Assembly (NCBI GenBank): GCA_964016885.1
Contig: OZ024740.1
Coordinates: forward strand, 298,096,001 to 298,160,000
Source: Eledone cirrhosa
Taxonomy: Eukaryota
DNA length: 64,000 nt
Direction of reading: 5' to 3'
In this document: piece by piece, positions 61,982-64,000 of the stretch
Position numbering within the stretch: position 1 is the stretch's first letter
Layout of the letters: every line of letters begins with the position of its first letter
Made by a program: the position numbers and the translations under genes
The notes under the pieces: model-generated
Databases searched by the model: none
Seen by the model: only the letters and a program-made list of their open reading frames with translations
Told to the model about the DNA's origin: nothing

Positions 61982-62615
61982 TGCAGGCATAACAGACCAG
62001 ATATTATAATATGGGACAGGGAGAAGAAAGCATGCACAGTAGTGGAAATTAGCTGCCCAGCAGATGCCAATATAATATCAAAGATTAGCGAAAAGGAGAA
62101 TATTTATGCAGAACTGATGAGAAATCTGCAGATACTCCACCCAGATTACACCTTCAGATTTATGCCTGTGATTATTGGGGCATTGGGGGTATGTTAGTAA
62201 CTGCCTCAATACAAATCTTGAGAAGCTAGGCTTCACAGGAACAGAAAGAACACAACTAGTTAGGAAATTACAAGTACAATCCATTAATGGAACAGTAAAA
62301 ATATGTAAAACATTCCAAAAATGTTGCATCTAATAACTGCATATACACATGTACAGATACAAAGCATATACACATGCACACATACAACTCAAAACATCCA
62401 CATCCACACATACAACTCAAAACATCCACATCCACACATACAATAACATCCATATCTAGACATGCATGCATGCAAACATAATATACCTAGTTGATGTTGT
62501 GTAAATTCCAATGAGAGAGTCTTGTGCCTATGTTAGAAACCGACTCTCTCTCTATTGGGAAAAAATTTGTGAAATTGTATTACCAGAAGAACATACACAT
62601 ATGCGTACATACATA
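61979..62615 (+). mobile_element. R4/Dong-like non-LTR 3' fragment (RLE domain + 3' UTR, ending in CATA repeats)
   Basis: HNRPDIIIWD..VVEISCP..EKENIY..PVIIGALG, with a 3' UTR shared with 1055-1347. Confidence 0.8.
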
Positions 62616-63907
62616 CACACGAATGTATGTATGTATGTATGTATGTATGTATGTATGTATGTATGTATGTATGTATGCATGCATGTATGTATGCATGTAT
62701 ATATGCATGCGTGTATGAATGTATGCATGTATGTATATATGTATGTATGCTTTCTGTATATAGAATATATGTCAAGTAATTCAATCCTGAAGAACAAGGT
62801 TAATGCTAAAAATACAACTTTAAAAACAAGAGGGTTTTGGCGCATGTGTCTGTCTGTAAGTCTTTGTAATATATATATAGCCACGTGAGCATGTATCTGT
62901 GTGTCTGTCTGTGTGTGTGTGTATCTGTATACATGAAGGCGCGTGGCTTAGTGGTTAGGCTGTTCGAGATAAGGTCGTTAGATTGTGAGTTCAATTCCCG
63001 GTGACGCGTTTGCATTAAGCACAACACTTTATTTCATCGTGCTCTAGTTTAATCAGCTTGCAGTAATGACATGTATCTGTTAGATACTGTGATGCGTTGA
63101 ATATCCCTGAGAACTACGCTAAAAGTGTACGTGTCTAAAAATGCCCAGCAATTCCTATGTTAATTTCACGAGCATACTGTTCTGTTGTTCAAACAACTGG
63201 AACACCCACCGTCGAAACCGACGGAGATCCAACACGGAGGGAAGCATTTTTACATGTTTGTGCGTGCATGTGTTTGTGGGTACTTTCGGGTCTCGAATAA
63301 TAACCCCACCCCCACCCTGCGCTTATTAATAATTTCAGATTTTCTCCACCCCCACCACCCGCGCTTATTCCAACCCCACACCTCCGTTTATCAAATTTTG
63401 CTAATCCATCTCTGGCGATAACATTGCAAATATGTTTTAAATATATACATAGATAACATTACAAATGCTTAAATAACATTATAAATTGCTCGCAATTCGT
63501 TCAGAAGAACATTATAAATATAATGTCTAAGCCGTGTATAAAAATATAATAATATAATTCATTGAACAAAAATAATAAAGGGAAGAAAAAAGAAGAAAAA
63601 AAAAGAAAAAAAAAGGGAACGGGGCAATTTACAACCAAGTGCGATAATCGACCGCACCTCACACCCTAGAAGTTAACTATGTACATGAGGCATTTCTGGC
63701 GAAATGTTGGGTTTTTTTTTTTAAATCGACGCAGAAAACCTAGAAAAATTGTAGTCTATAAATTGCGTTTCCTGGATTGTGAGAGTGGTGGTGTGTACGA
63801 GGACAGTGGTGCTGTTTTGCTTCTCATTTATAATATTTTTGATATTCTTGGTGTTTCTCCACACACGGGCTTCTATATCGTACAGGTGTGTGTGAATAAT
63901 GCCTTAC

Positions 63908-63922
63908 CAGTTCAGCCCCCAT
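63908..63922 (-). CDS. Candidate first coding exon (MGAEL)
   Basis: ATCATGG Kozak context, upstream in-frame TAA, donor CTG|GTAAGG. Very short, so weak evidence. Confidence 0.25.
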
Positions 63923-64000
63923 GATGCTCTTGATTGCCTGCTTTGACTGCTTGTTTTACTTGTAACAATCTGCCGCACTATAATCTTGTATAAATAGGAC

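Overview
This is AT-rich animal genomic DNA, most likely from an octopod cephalopod. That inference rests on the tRNA-derived SINE families, the RTE/(GAT)n tails and the microsatellite load; no database was searched. The window is dominated by mobile DNA. It holds one intact 1039-aa RTE LINE (APE endonuclease + RT with an inserted C4HC3 PHD-like finger) and two unrelated degenerate RTE copies that both show 5'-inversion (twin-priming) geometry. It also holds a Penelope-like element with inverted pseudo-LTRs carrying hammerhead-ribozyme cores, several pLTR-only and foldback derivatives, and a non-autonomous LTR element with a tRNA-Trp PBS. Fragments of CRE, R4/Dong, CR1, Rex3-like, Naiad-like and Helitron elements are present, along with hAT, Tc1/mariner and piggyBac-type MITEs, about 25 SINEs and a 6.8-kb (TGG)n-based satellite. 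The very long ORFs at 22.7-23.9 kb and 31-38 kb are repeat artefacts. Host genes appear only as low-confidence isolated exon candidates. No CRISPR array, rRNA or true tRNA gene was found. Many boundaries are by-eye estimates.
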